This document shows, in pieces, positions 12,421 through 27,800 of a stretch of DNA of 64,000 nt (position 1 is its first letter; every line of letters starts with the position of its first letter). Origin of the DNA: Macrostomum lignano (taxonomy: Eukaryota); the NCBI GenBank assembly GCA_002269645.1, contig NIVC01000551.1, forward strand, positions 372,001-436,000, read 5' to 3'. The notes beneath the pieces were generated by a model. That model ran no database searches. It was not told the origin of the DNA and saw only the letters and a list, made by a program, of their open reading frames with translations. The translations under genes were made by a program, and so were the position numbers.

Positions 12421-13370
12421 CAAATAGGATTCACATAAATAATTTTAGTCCCTTGATTATTGGCCCTCCGAAAGGGGGGGGGGGGGCACTAGCCTGCTAG
12501 TAATTATCTCGTGATTCTTAGCCTAATCCATGAATTTATTATCTGAAGCAGTATCTAAGCATACACTGCAAATAAGCCGAACCAAGACACGAGTTCAGGT
12601 AAATAGAAATATTCCTGCAGTAGCAGACCACGATTTATTCAACATTCATTGTCAAAATAATATTCAGCATGCACTACTAACACAGATTCAGCCAGTAGTT
12701 TGAACGTACTTATGGGTTTGAAATTAAGAAAAAAAAACGATTTCAATTAATTTTTAATAATTCAAAAATTGATCACAAAACAAAAAGCAAACGTTAGCGA
12801 CGGAATGCTTAACAGGAAGACGGTTACTATGGCAACAGATATAACAATGGAAGATCAAAATACTCAATAATGGTCAAATAATATAAAGGGAAATGTGAAA
12901 AAACACAGCTTTATAAGTCCGTAATTAACGTTGAGATTCGAAATAGGCACATTTAAAAATGGTAAAAATGTAAAAAACGCAAACACTGCGTAAATTTTTT
13001 ATTTTCGATTTTCAAAAATTACTTTACGTAAACATTATATAACAATACAAATTATTTACGATGGTTTAAATTTTAAAAATAAATTCAACTGAACAGAAAA
13101 TTGGCGGCAATTCAAATTTGAAATTAAAATAACAAATATAGTACTTTCTCTTAGAATTGATTTCGACTTATAATAGTTAGACACTCGATCACTCGAATTT
13201 ACATAGAAATTAGTCATTGTTTCTATGTTTGCTTCTATTTTTTGTTATTTTAATATCTGAAATATTCGCGCTAAAATAATTTTTGAATTTCCAAGAAACC
13301 ACATTTTATTAAAAAGAAAAGTTAAAAACAAAAAACCCGCGAATTTAAAATAAAGCAATTCTAACTCATT

Positions 13371-16300
13371 TTAGAGTTGGAAGTTTTTGCTTCTAGTAGA
13401 CTTGGCCGCAGTGTTGAAGCTGATGTCGGTGAAATCGTCGCCAAAATTGGCGGGCCCCAGAGTGGCCACCCGCGGCGTGGTTGCCGGGTTGTGGTACAGA
13501 TCGTCCGCGTAGGCGGAGTTCACTTCGGCTGAAAGAAAAGTACACAATGTCATTTATAGAAATATTAATTAATAACGCTACCACGTCTGTTATCCGAGAA
13601 AGAAGATTTAAACAAAATCTATAACACCCACAAGAGGAAAATATTTCAAGTATGAATTATAACAAAATAATGTTATGCATAAATGAATATTTACAAAAAC
13701 ATTTTAAACATATCGTTTAAATTTATAATTGCCGGAGACGTGAAAGAACTTTGCCAGTCGAGCTAAAATGTACGAGTTTAGGTAGGACAGAGCCGTATTG
13801 AAGATTGTAGATTGGCAATGTTTTAATAAGTTTATGTTATCATACAGTTTGCTTTAACTTGAATCTCAATCTCACCCTAACCTGCATCTGCGTATCTCAC
13901 CCTACCCTAGATATCCATATCTCACCCTACCCTAGACATCCATATCTCACCCTACCCTAGATATCCATATCTCACCCTACCCTAGATATCCATATCTCAG
14001 CTTACCCTGAATCTTCATCTCACCCTACCCTGAATATCCATCTCACCCTACCCTGAATCTCCATATCTCACCCTACCCTGCATCTCCATATCTCACCCTA
14101 CCCTGCATCTCCATATCTCACCCTGCCCTGCATCTCCATATCTCACCCTGACCCTGCCCGGAATCTCAATCTCACGTAACCTGAATCTACATGTCTCATT
14201 CTCACCCTACCTAGAATCTTTTGATTTTCTCTTAAGTAATTGTCTGATGCATTAAAGTGATGCTTGTTGTTAAAAAATAGTAAATAATCAATCGTGATTT
14301 TATTGGGTAAACAACGTGAGTAACCATCACTGCATATGAAGCTGTAAACGCTTCGTCATCTTATTAGCATAAAGGGTAAACAGCATGAGTAACTACACCC
14401 GGCCTCGCCACCTAATTAGTAACTTTACTCAATAGCGGCACTCACACTGCGGCCTGCTGTGCTTGTCGCCATTCATCGGGCCGGCGCCGGGAGTGCCGGT
14501 GGCCAATGGGCGCAGCTTAGCAAACCGGGAGCCCAGCACGAATGCCAGAATAGCCAGCACTAGCGAGTCGAATATGGACAGAATGGCCAAGATGAAGGCC
14601 CAACGAATGCCGCAGGAGCCTGGATTGAATTTGTCGGCGTTGGAGCCGCACACGGAGCGAACTTTGGCGTGATCCCAGCCGCTGGGATAAATGACGCAGC
14701 CGAGTAGGGAGAACAGGCCTGCGAAAAAGGGATTTTTTGGGAAGGTTTTTGCATAGATAATTATTAACACGTTTTAGCTGTTGCTGTCTCAGATCTGACT
14801 GTATTCGTATCAGATCCTCTTCTTATATCAATCTCACCCTCTTCTTATATCAATCTTACCCTCTTCTTATATCAATCTCACCCTCTTCTTAAATCAATCT
14901 CACCCTTTTCTTATATCAATCTCACCCTCTTCTTATATTAATCTCAACCTCTTCTTATATTAATCTCGCCCTCTTCTTATATTAATCTCGCCCTCTTCTT
15001 TTATCAATCTCGCCCTCTTCTTTTATTAATCTCGCCCTCTTCTTATATTAATCTCGCCCTCTTCTTTTATTAATCTCGCCCTCTTCTTTTATTAATCTCG
15101 CCCTCTTCTTATATCAATCTCACCCTCTTCTTTTATTAATCTCGCCCTCTTCTTTTATTAATCTCGCCCTCTTCTTATATTAATCTCGCCCTCTTCTTTT
15201 ATTAATCTCGCCCTCTTCTTTTATTAATCTCGCCCTCTTCTTATATCAATCTCGCCCTCTTCTTTTATTAATCTCGCCCTCTTCTTTTATTAATCTCGCC
15301 CTCTTCTTATATCAATCTCGCCCTCTTCTTTTATTAATCTCGCCCTCTTCTTTTATTAATCTCACCCTCTTCTTATATCAATCTCGCCCTCTTCTTTTAT
15401 TAATCTCGCCCTCTTCTTTTATTAATCTCGCCCTCTTCTTTTATTAATCTCACCCTCTTCTTATATCAATCTCGCCCTCTTCTTTTATCAATCTCGCCCT
15501 CTTCTTTTATCAATCTCGCCCTCTTTTATCAATCTCACTTATTTTCAGATCAATCTTACCCTCTTCCTAGACCAATCTCACCCTCTTCAAATATCAATCT
15601 CGCCCTCTTGCATCAATCTCACCCTCTTCTTACATTAATCTCACCTTTTTACATCAATCTCACCCTCTTCTTACACTACTCTCACCCTCTTTCTACACCA
15701 ATCTCACTTTTTTACATCAATCTCACCCTATTCTTACACTCTCTCACCCTCTTTCTACACCAATCCCACTTTTTTACATCAATCTCACCCTCTTCTTACA
15801 CTACTCTCACCCTCTTTCTACACCAATCCCACTTTTTTTACATCAATCTCACCCTCTTCCTACGCCAATCTCACCCTCTTCCTACACTACTCCCACACTC
15901 TTCCTACACACTGCTCTCACCCTCTTTCTACACTACTCCCACCCTCTTCCTACACACTGCTCTCACCCTCTTTCTACACCAATCTCACCCTCTTCCGACA
16001 CCAATCTCACCCTCTTCCTACACTACTCTCACCCTCTTCCTACACCAATCTCACCCTCTTCCTACACTACTCTCACCCTCACCCAGCCAACTCACAGGTA
16101 ACAGCCAGCACAGTGCCGCAGATCCGAAACACCCATTCCGGAGTCCGGACAAAGAAGAACAGAATCATGAGCACAATGGTGGTCAGAGCCAGCAGGGCGG
16201 CCAGACCGGACATCACAGTTGCCGCCCTAAATGCGTCATTTAAAATGGTGCTAAAATCGTCCAGCCGACCGTCGCAAACCAGATTGGTGCCAGTCTGGTA

Positions 16301-16522
16301 CAGCTGGCAGTAGCGGATCAGGCCGAAGAAGCCAACGCCGGGACTCGAACTCGTGTCGCCGATCCACTGCGGCTGAGCCACCACCACAACATTGATAATG
16401 GCTAAACAGACCACAAAGATGGCCCACATCACTCCAACAGCTAGCAGATTTCGCCGATAACTAATATAGTAAGACTCCGTAGTCTTATCGACAACAGTTC
16501 GACTATTCATTGTTGTCGACAT
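13371..16522 (-). CDS. LHFPL3: LHFPL/TMHS-family tetraspan membrane protein (LHFPL3/4/5-like), about 285 aa
   Basis: Exons 16522-16096, 14718-14446, 13528-13371 (phases 1, 1), 858 nt. Family motifs YRRNLLAVGVMWAIF, QPQWIGD, GFFGLIRYC, GCVIYPSGWD..VRSVCG..ADKFNPGSCGIRWAFILAI. The symbol denotes the family, not strict 1:1 orthology. Confidence 0.92.
13870..14210. repeat. About 25-bp intronic minisatellite CTCACCCTACCCTAGATATCCATAT
   Basis: Direct tandem repetition. Confidence 0.9.
14815..16080. repeat. 22-bp intronic minisatellite AATCTCGCCCTCTTCTTTTATT and derivatives
   Basis: Direct tandem repetition filling LHFPL intron 1. Confidence 0.95.
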
Positions 16523-17844
16523 GATAGAATAACAATAGTTGAATAATTTAATAGTAGACAGGCGGCTCTTTTTGGAATATAGGAGCTCTGAAAAATTGAC
16601 AGAAATATTGTTAGGAACTGGGTGGGTCCGGTCGCACCCAATATACCCCACCCACACTACTCTGTTAGCTACTCTATCTGCAGCGAACGTATCCACTGTC
16701 CATTGTGCTATAGCTACTGACAGTCTGCCTGTCTCTCTCTCCCTCCCCACCCTTCTCTCTCTCTAAAATGCTCAAATTCTTGAATACACTAGCTGGCTAG
16801 TGCGGGTATACAGGGTTACAGTGGGGTGGTGAACGGACCTCGCTTAATGCGCTCGAGCTTACAATGTTATATACACTTCTTTTTTAGGTATTTTATACTA
16901 CTTAGAGTAGGAAATCTACCGTGTAAAGGTTGCTGATTTTAAAAGACTAAATTTTTCTAGGCGAAGTCTACTTCTCTACTAAGTAGGGTCTACATCTCAT
17001 CTTGATAGAATCTCCTCACCCAGTAGAATCTCCTTCTCAACCTCCAAAGAATCTTCTTCTCACCCTCTATAGAATATCCGTCTCACCCTCTATAGAATAT
17101 CCGTCTCCCCCTCCATAGAATCTCCATCTACACCTCCATAGAATCTCTTCTCACCCTCTACAGAATCTCCTCTCACCCTCAATGACCATAGTAATTTCCT
17201 CACCCTACATAGAATATCCTTCTCTCCCTCTATACAACCTCCCCACCCTCCATATAATCACCTTCTCTCCCTCTATAGATTATCTTTCGCACGCTCCATT
17301 GAATCTCCTCAATTTTCTAGAATCTCATTTTCACCCTTCGAAAATCTCCTCACCCTTGACTATTCTGGGAAAATTTCCACAAGAAGCATAAAAACACTAT
17401 TTATACTACTCCTGAGCTGAAGTATAAATTAGCGTGCATTCCGAACCGCCTAGAAAAAGTCTTCAATCTTCATATCTTTATTTTATTTGACATCTATTTT
17501 TATTCAAAAAGCAAAAAGCAATACATTATTGTAAATCATAATCTTGTCTCTTAAATAATTTACGTTCTTATATATTTAAATTAAATAAAATTGCAAATAG
17601 AAAGTCTTCAGAATCCACATTGCACCGATATTGGCAGAGAAAAGTTCAATAGTATAAACTGGAATGTTTCCATGAGAGCAAACATATAAAAAATACGGCA
17701 CAATTAAACAGAATGATTGTCAAAATTTTAACTGTTAACTTAAAGTTATAAAAAATAAAATATTTATTTAGCGCAGCGAGAATAATATCGTTAGATATTA
17801 TGCAATTATTACAGCCTTAAAGCTCCATCTCGTCTACTTCTCCA

Positions 17845-18372
17845 CCCAGTAGGGTCTACTTCTCTATCCAGTAGGGTCTACTTCTCTATCCAGTAGGGTC
17901 TACTTCTCTATCCAGTAGGGTCTACTTCTCGATCCAGTGGGGTCTAATTTTCTATCCAAGTAGTGTCTACTTCTCTATCCAAGTAGTATCTACTTCTCTC
18001 CCAGAGAATCTCCATCTCACCATATATCCTATATACTAAAAATGAAAATCTTCTTCAACTCATAGTATCTTCTTACCCTCATAGAACTTCCTTCTCACCC
18101 TCCTCCATAGATTCTCCTCTCCCTCCATAGAATCTCCTCTCCCTCCATAGAATCTTCTCTCCCTCCATAGAATCTTCTCTCTCTCTATAGAATCTCCTCT
18201 CCCTCCATAGAATCTCCTCTCCCTCCATATAATCTCCTCTCTCTCCATAGAATCTCCTCTCCCTCTATAGAATCTCCTCTCCCTCCATATAATCTCCTCT
18301 CTCTCCATAGAATCTCCTCTCCCTCTATAGAATCTCTTCTCCCTCCAAAGAATCTCCTCTCCCTCCATAGAA
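17845..18372. repeat. Adjacent 22-bp and 20-bp minisatellites
   Basis: CCAGTAGGGTCTACTTCTCTAT units (about 17845-18000) and TCCATAGAATCTCCTCTCCC units (about 18090-18372). Confidence 0.85.
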
Positions 18373-18822
18373 TGTTCTGGTTGTTCTGTGAAAAAGTTTT
18401 TATGAAAAATACAAATCGTAAAGTACAAATAATCTCTATCTAGGAAATCGTAGAAAAATACAAAACAATATTTACTTCCAGGCCTACTCACTAGAATATC
18501 AATAAGTAGTGTACATAGCGAAAAATATAGTCCTAAGTATAAAGTGGATGATTAAAAACATAAAATAGCGATAAAAACGGACATTAACGCTAATCTATAA
18601 GAAACGATAGAAATAGCAAAAATATCAAATATTGCACAGAATAAGCACCAAAACAGTTAGAGACGCAATGAATATATATAAAAATACATAATTTCCAAGA
18701 AAGAAACTGTCTTTATCGCTTAAAGCGCCAGATAAAAATCTGCACAATTATCTAGAATAACAATTTGAGCTTGAATCGGTAACATCACTTTAAAGGTAAA
18801 TTATATCACACCCAGATTTTCA

Positions 18823-21800
18823 TTAAGCTTCATTAGTAGCATCGAATGCTTCGTTATCGCGACCAGCCGCAGTGGTGGCGGAGGTGGCCCTGACATAAAC
18901 TGGATCGTTCGATGACTCATCAGTAAGCGAATCTGCGCCAATTGTTGGCGGTTAGCTACTGTTAGTAATCACGTCGGATTTCGGTTTTAAAAATAAACGG
19001 CAGTTTCTATATTCAAATTGTAAAACTCACCATTGAATGCGCTGATTCGTTGCTTTTTCTGCACAAAATTCAGCAGAAATTTATAGATGAAGGCGTACTG
19101 GTGCTGAAATGCGGCCAGGGTGAGGGATTTAAATGGGATTGCACTGCCTTGGGAATGATAGCGGCTTGTAGTCCAGGATCTGGGAAGCTGGCTTAGCAAC
19201 TGAGGATCTGTGAGGCTGGCATAGCAACTGGGGATCTGGGAGGCTGGCATAGCAACTGAGGATCTGTGAGGCTGGCCCAGCAACTGAGGATCTGGGAAGC
19301 TGGCTTAGCAACTGAGGATCTGTGAGGCTGGCATAGCAACTGGGGATCTGGGAGGCTGGCATAGCAACTGGGGATCTGGGAGGCTGGCATAGCAACTGAC
19401 ACTCTGTGAGGCTGGCATAGCAACTGGGGATCTGGGAGGCTGGCATAGCAACTGACACTCTGTGAGGCTGGCATAGCAACTGGGGATCTGGGAGGCTGGC
19501 ATAGCAACTGACACTCTGTGAGGCTGGCATAGCAACTGGGGATCTGGGAGGCTGGCATAGCAACTGGGGATCTGGGAGGCTGGCATAGCAACTGGGGATC
19601 TGGGAGGCTGGCATAGCAACTGACACTCTGTGAGGCTGGCATAGCAACTGGGGATCTGGGAGGCTGGCATAGCAACTGACACTCTGTGAGGCTGGCATAG
19701 CAACTGAGGATCTGGGAGGCTGGCATAGCAACTGGGGATCTGGGAGGCTGGCATAGCAACTGAGGATCTGGGAGGCTGGCATAGCAACTAGGGATCTGGG
19801 AGGCTGGCATAGCAACTGAGGATCTGGGAGGCTGGCATATAGCAACTAGGGATCTGGGAGGCTGGCATAGCAACTGAGGATCTGGGAGGCTGGCACAGCA
19901 ACTGAGGATCTGGGAGGCTGGCACAGCAACTGAGGATCTGTGAGGATGGCCCAGTAACTGAGGATCTGGGAGGCTGGATCAGCAACTGAGGATCTGGGAG
20001 GCTGGCCCAGCAACTGAGGATCTGGGAGGCTAGCCTCAAGCACCCGCAGACATCCCAAACCGCCCCGCACATACCTTGGTCTGCACCATGTCCACCCGAC
20101 AGCGCCGCAGCTGCAACACGGTCTCGTAGACGCTGACCTCCTGACGCTCCTGACAGTCCTGCAGCCGGCGGGCCAGCAGGTCCAGCGCGATGAAGGTGCC
20201 GGTGCGGCCGACACCTGCGCTGCAGTGCAACACGATTCGGCCGCCGCCGCCGTTGCGCTGCGAGCGGTGCACCCGGCCGAGAAACTCGGCCAGATTGTCC
20301 AGATTGGGCACAGCGTGATCCTCCCATTCCATGTACTGCAGCAGCTCAGTGTCCATGCCGGACGCTCGGCCATCTGTTGTTTTATTATCAGTATTCGGCA
20401 TCAGGCGCAGTTTCCGAACAATATAAGAGCCGCAGTTCTCAGCGCTGAGCAGGGTCACAGTGAGTCCGCAGTCCAGTTCGAGGCTTTCGCCTTCGCTATC
20501 CGGCCAATACTGCTCGCATTTGGTCTGCAGACCGATTGGGGGTCAGCTTTAGTTGCCTAGCAACACGGACATAACTTTGACTGCCAAAGATTCGGAAATG
20601 AGAATGAGAAGATGAGACAGAAGAACAGAGGAACATGATTCAGGGAAAAGGGGAGAGAGGATTTAGGTTCAGGTTTAAATTTAGGATAGAGTTCAGGTTA
20701 GATTAGGGTAATAGAGAGAATGTTTAAAGATTAGATTTAAGTTAAGGTAAAAATGTCTGGGTTAGGAGCCTCTCACTTTGTCGGGAGAGAGGGAGTTGAA
20801 AGAGGGAGAGAAGAGGGGAGCTACGGGAAGGAGAGAGGGAGATGAGAGATCGAGGAGAGAAAGAGAAGAGGGGAGAGAGGGAGGAGAGGGAGAGGGAGAT
20901 GAGAGAGGGCGGAGGGGGAGAGTCAGGGAGGGGGGAGAGACACGAGAAAAGGAGTTGGAGAGTGATCAGCCAACCTTAAAAGTTCTCATCAGCACACAAT
21001 CAATTACGACATCAAAACAGAATCGCCAGATCAAAGAACAAACGCAGCTATCGCTCACCCTTCCTTTCTCAACGCAGGTGGTCAGCATGACAGTGACTGG
21101 CACCATCTGTTCCCAGATCATGCGCCAATGATCTGACACGGTAGCCGGCTTGGGACCTTGGCAAGCGATAAATGGTGCACTACTAGCAGTAGCATCTTCG
21201 CTCACATAGCTAGCATTAATATAGTCATTATCTCCGCTCAGTTTCACTCGGTTATTATCGAACGGTAAAATATTGATGTAGCGATTCTTTTCTCGATTGC
21301 CGCTAGCCAGACCGTCTTCGGTGGAGAATGATTTAGTCTGCTCAATGGCCGCCTGCTTCATCAGGCTGTACTGCTGATCACTGAGGCAGGCCGCGTCCGC
21401 CAGGAGCTTCTTTGCGTAGGCGGCAAATTCTGCGGCTGGCACCGAGAGCGGTGGTGATGGAGACTGCGGAGGCTGGGGCGGCGACAGCGGCGGCGGCTGA
21501 GGCTGAGTTGGCGACATCCGCGGAGGCTGAGGCGGCTTATGGCTGCCATTAAATGAGAAATACAGCATCAGAAATGTATTATTATTGTGCTTAATGAGCT
21601 TGAAATGAAACTATAGCCTGTCTGTTTCTACAGTAGGGGGGTCAATGGGTCTGTCTCATCTTACAGCAGGGGTCAGCAGGTCTGTCTCACCTTACAGCAG
21701 GGGTCAGCAGGTCTGTCTCACCTTACAGTAGGGGGTCAGCATGTCTGTCTCACCTTACAGCAGGGGGGTCAGCAGGTCTGTCTCACCTTACAGCAGGGGT

Positions 21801-24800
21801 CAGCAGGTCTGTCTCACCTTACAGCAGGGGGGTCAGCAGGTCTGTCTCACCTTACAGTAGGGGGGTCAGCAGGTCTGTCTCACCTTACAGCAGGGGGTCA
21901 GCAGGTCTGTCATTATACACACAAAATGCATGCAAAATGAAGAATTACCCATTCCGAGAGGAAGTCTTCGGTACAGACGTCTGCAGCTCGTGCTCTGTTC
22001 TGGGATTTGCAATGCCATTAGAAATTTCCCTCATGGATGTCGTTGGCTCTTGGCTGTCTGGTTGACTGGAAATTTGTTTATTTAAGATCAAGATCCATGT
22101 AAAGCTGCATTATAATTGGACAATATGAATAGGAATACAGCATATTGATTGTTTATAAAGCTTTGATATGTAGGTTGTTTATTTGAAAGTCGTATTGTAA
22201 TAGAACACCATTTTCAAGCCCAAATCTGTATTATATAATTTATTGAAAAATCTTTATTAAAAAGCACATTATCTACACACGAAACGTACTTATATCGCTT
22301 ATCATTTTCATCAATGAGTACGGAGTCCTTCCTATATTGTTCGACAATTAAACAAAAGAATTAATATTGGTTTTAGCTAATACTAATGCAGTGAATTGTT
22401 AATAAACGCTAACTTGTTTTAAAAGTAAAAAATCGATAATTCTTATGTACTAACTTTATAAAAATTTAAAATTGATATCTCCAATTCTATTACATGTATT
22501 CCCAATATTCTGTATCCTGATTCAATTCCCCAGTGCCCCACATCAGTCGGGGGATTCCAGTCAGTAGAATCCCAGCCAGTGAAATGCCAGTTAGTGGATT
22601 CTCAATCAGGGAAATCCCAGTAATGGGAATCCTAAACAGGGGAATCCCAGTTATGGGAATCCCAAACAGAAGAATCCCAAACACGGAAATCCCAGTCATG
22701 GGAATCCCAGTCATGGAAATCCCAGTCATGGGAATCCCAGTCATGGGAATCCCAGTCATGGGAATCTCAAACACGATAATCCCAGTCATGGGAATACCAA
22801 ACAGGGGAATCCCAGTGACGGGAATCTCAAACAGGGAATCCCAGTCACGGGAATCTGAAACAGGTGAATCCAAGTCATGGAAATTCCAAGCGAGGAAATC
22901 CCAGTCATCGGAACCCCAAACAGAGGAATTCTAGTCATGGAAATCCCAATTAGGGGAATCCCAGGCAGGGAAATCCAGTCAGTAGAATCCCATTCAGAAA
23001 ATTCCAGTCAGTAGAATCCCAGGCAGGAAAATCCCAGGCAGGGAAATCCCAGTCAGTAGAATCCCATTCAGAAAATTCCAGGCAGGCAAATCACAGGCAG
23101 GGAAATCCCAGTCAGGGAAATCCCAGTCAGTAGAATCCAGTTCAGCGAAATTCCGATAAAAGTCGATAAAATAAATTAAATTAAATTCGAATAAAGCTAA
23201 AAATACATCCGGACTTTCCTGCCCTGACCACGCTACTAACTAGGCTACTAAAAGTAACAACATGAGAAATAACGAAAAAAGACTACGATCTAATCGAGGG
23301 TATAGTTCGATTGATGCGGAATTTATTGCCTATAACGGCCACCTTGGGCGATGGCTGATGCACACAACTGAGTCATCTTACAGACTCAGCCCACCACCTC
23401 ACCAAATGGGAAATTTTTGCCCAAACAACCACCAGCTAATCAGAAATCACGACAAGCCGTACCTGCTGCGCCTGCGGTACCACACCAAGCCCAACAGGCC
23501 AGCCGCAATCGCCATGGCAACCAGCACCGACACTGCAACCGCCACCACGATAGTCATCGAGCCGCCGCCGCCGCCGCCGCCTCCGCCTCCAGTTGTGGCG
23601 AATTTGACCTGAGCTGGAGTTCCTCTGAGAGTCTGGCTCACGGGAATCACTTTCACTGAGTACTCTGAGCCTGGCTGCAGGTGTTCCAGCCTCACTGTGT
23701 GTCGGGTGGAGCCGTTGCTAGGGCCGCCAGTCTGCATAGCAACCAGTGGATTGACAACAGCGGAGCCGCACTCAGCAGCGAGTTCCTTCAGCAGCTCATC
23801 GGTGCTGCAGTTGAGCAGCTGGCAGCCAGGAGCTGAGCTTGAGTTCAGCACCAGCATCTGGGAGCAGCCTGAGGATGAGTTCAGCACCTGGGAAATTGGG
23901 GGATGGAGATTTGGTTGCCTAGTGACTGACATTGGCTGCTGGAACACCTCTTTGAGCTTTTAGCAGCAGTTTGAGTTCTCAAGTTATGACTGCGTTTTAC
24001 TAAACAGCTCAGCTCTTACAGTTCACGTCTCTGTGCTATCTCTGCTATCTATCTATCTGCTATCTATCTCACTCTCGCCCACTCTCCCCACTCCCCATCA
24101 CTCTCCCTCACTTTCCATCACTCGCCTTTTCACTTTCCTTATCACTCTCCCTCACTCATCTTATCACTCTCCCCATCACTTTCATTATCACTCTCCCTCA
24201 CTCTTCTTATCACTCTCCCCATCACTCTTCATCACTCCCTATCACTCTCTTTATCAATCTCCCTCACTTTTCTTATCACTCTCCTTATCACTCTCCCTCA
24301 ATTTTCTTATCACTTTTCCCATTACTCTCCATCACTCTCCCTGTTCTGGAGCTGCCACTGTCTCGTGGTATTTCTTGTACTTTGCGTCTGGGGTTCGTTT
24401 GCAATAGCTAAATGTACGTTCATTAGGTTAGAATATTTATTTTTCTCATACGTACAGTCCCCAATTATTGATCGCACCATTTCACTCTTCACCGATCGCC
24501 CCACCCCACATTACGCTCACGTGTATTGTACGCTTTCACTCAGCTCATAAAATATATCGACCCAGAGCATCTCGCTCAAGAGGCTTTTCGTTTTTCGTCG
24601 TTTCAATATCGCATCATATAGTTTGTCTTTCATCTCGAGTTATTCTAGCAACCACTCCCCATCACTTTCCTTATCACTCTCTTTATCAATCTCCCTCACT
24701 CTTCTTATCACTCCCCATCACTCCATCACTCTCTATCACTCTTTTTATCACTCTCCCCATCACTCTCCATCACTCTCCATCACTCTCCCCATCACTCTAC

Positions 24801-27800
24801 ATATCACTCTCTTTATCACTCCATCACTCTCCATCACTCTTTTTATCACTCTCCATCACTCTCCCCATCACTCTACCTATCACTCTCTTCATCACTCCAT
24901 CACTCTCCATCACTCTTTTTATCACTCTCCCCATCACTCTCCATCACTCTCCCCATCACTCTACCTATCACTCTCTTCATCACTCCATCACTCTCCATCA
25001 CTCTTTTTATCACTCTCCCCATCACTCTCCATCACTCTCCCATCACTCTACCTATCACTCTCTTCATCACTCCATCACTCTCCATCACTCTTTTTATCAC
25101 TCTCCGCATCACTCTCCTTATCACTCTCCTTATCACTCTCCCCATCACTCTCCATCACTCTCCCCATAACTCTACCTATCACTCTCCATCACTCTCCATC
25201 ACTCTCCATATAACTCTCCATCACTCTCCCCATCACTCTCCCTATCACTCTCCATCACTCTCCCCATCACTCTCCTTTTCACTCTCCCCATCACTCTCCA
25301 TCACTCTCCATCACTCTCTCCATCACTCTCCCTATCACTGCCCATCACTCTCCATCACTCTCCCCATCACTCTCGATCACTCTCCATCACTCTCCCTATC
25401 ACTCTCCATCACTCTCCCCATCACTCTACCTATCACTCTCCATCACTCTCCATCACTTTCCCCATCACTCCATCACTCTCCATCACTCTCCCCATCACTC
25501 TACCTATCACTCCCCATCACTCTCCCTATCACTCTCGATCACTCTCCATCACTCTCCCTATCACTCTCCATCACTCTCCCCATCACTCTACCTATCACTC
25601 TCCATCACTCTCCATCACTTTCCCCATCACTCCATCACTCTCCATCACTCTCCCCATCACTCTACCTATCACTCCCCATCACTCTCCCTATCACTCTCCA
25701 TCACTCTCCCCATCACTCTACCTATCACTCTCCATCACTCTCCCCATCACTCTCCATCACTCTCCATCACTCTCCATCACTCTCCATCACTCTCCCCATC
25801 ACTCTCCCTATCACTCCCCATCACTCTCCATCCTCTCCCCATCACTCTCCCTATCACTCTCCATCACTCTCGCCATCACCCTTCACATACATGTACGTCT
25901 CCTCATCACTCTCCCCACCAGTCTTCTATCAGTCTCCCATCACTCTCCCCACCACTTTCCCATCATTCTCCCCATCACTCTCCCCATCACTCTCACTATT
26001 ACCCTCTCCATCACTCTCCAATCACCGTCCCTATCACTCTTAGATCACAATCCCCATCACTCACCCTAAAACTCCCAATCACACTCCCTCCCTAACAACT
26101 CTTTTATCTATGAATCTCACAATCTATCTCTTGGCCAAGAAAAATATTTGATAAAGCAAGGCAATGAAGATTCAGTTTGTCATGCTAAATGGAAGGATGA
26201 GCGAGAATAGAAGGCACGATTTGAGAGCTTTTCACAGAGACAACAAGACGCATTCATTTTCTTCAGGCTGGCCGACTAAAGCTATAATGGCACCGTGGAT
26301 TTTATTTGTTGCAACATCTCATAAAGTGCAGAAATAACTCGCTACTAAAAGGAACCATTTGGCGGTAGCCGACATGGTTGAGGATGAGCTCAACTGAAGG
26401 TTCCACCTTGCAGCAAAAGAAGTAAAGATTCATAAGACGAGGCAGCGGAAAAATATGCAAGCCTCTTCAACATGCAAACTTTTTAGGCAAAATCTGATTG
26501 GTTTTCAGCAACGACTTTTTCGGTTAGGAGCCAGATAATGAGAGGCACAGCGACAAAAGCAATGCACAGTCAGTCAAGTCCTCCAAAGCTATCATAATCT
26601 ACCCTGTTACCAACCATTAGCATAGCACTGAATATGTACACTCAATTACAGCGGTTGCTGCATAAGGAATAAAAATAACCCGGATACTGGCATACAGCTC
26701 AGATATCAATGCATGTGCACTGCAGCTTTCTTATCGACTCGCCAACTCCACACAAACAAAATCTGGCCAACCCAGAGCATCGTGCCGACTGTGTGCGAAT
26801 CTCAACAGAAGGAGAGACAGGACTGAAACTCTGAGTGAGCAAAGGGTCTATGAAAATATTCACTAATATCTGCCACTGGGTAACTTTTACCATAAGTATA
26901 ATGCGCTTGACAATGCCACTTAGGTCACTGCATTGAGTCATCAGTCACTTCCTGTCCATGGGTTCCTCCGCTGTCCCTTCAGTCCCTCCGCTGTCCCTTC
27001 AGTGCCTCCGCTGTCCCTTCAGTGCCTCCGCTGTCCCTTCACTCCCTCCGCTGTCCCTTCACTCCCTCCGCTGTCCCTTCAGTCCCTCCGCTGTCCCTTC
27101 AGTCCCTCTGCTGTCTCTTCAGTCCCTCCGGTGTCCCTTCAGTCCCTCTGCTGTCCCTTCAGTACCTCCGCTGTCCCTTCAGTCCCTCCGGTGTCCCTTC
27201 AGTCCCTCTGCTGTCCCTTCAGTCCCTCCGATGTGCCTTCAGTCCCTCTGCTGTCTCTTCAGTCCCTCCGGTGTCCCTTCAGTCCCTCTGCTGTCCCTTC
27301 AGTACCTCTGCTGTCCCTTCAGTCCCTCTGCTGTCCCTTCAGTCCCTCCGCTGTCCCTTCAGTCCCTCCACTGCCCCTTCAGTACCTCCGCTGTCCCTTC
27401 AGTCCCTCCGCCGTCCCTTCAGTCCCTCCGCTGTCCCTTCAGTCCCTCCGCTGACCCTTCAGTCCCTCCGCCGTCCCTTCAGTCCCTCCGCTGTCCCTTC
27501 AGTCCCTCCGCTGCCCCTTCAGTCCCTCCGCTGTCCCTTCAGTGCCTCTCATGCCCGCAAAGGAGCTCCCAGTCGCACAGGCGGCCTCACCTGCACAGCG
27601 AAGGCCTGCAGCAGGCCGTTTGGCAGCCGCGGCTCCTCGAACTCCACCAGCGCCTCCGCCTCCGAGGGCGTCGCCCGCAGGCCGCCGACGGCGACGCTGC
27701 GAGTCTCCGGGCTGCGGAAGGAGGCGGAGGCGACGGCGCCGGGCCCCGCGAGGTTCACCGGCCACAGGGAGGCGCTGTACTCGGTCAAGGGCAGCAGCGA

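Noticed and set aside
26699-26941. Faint resemblance to a LINE C-terminal zinc knuckle (FCLCGVGES..C); similar weak LINE-like text at about 35760-36050
   Set aside because: Too degenerate to support without a profile search.
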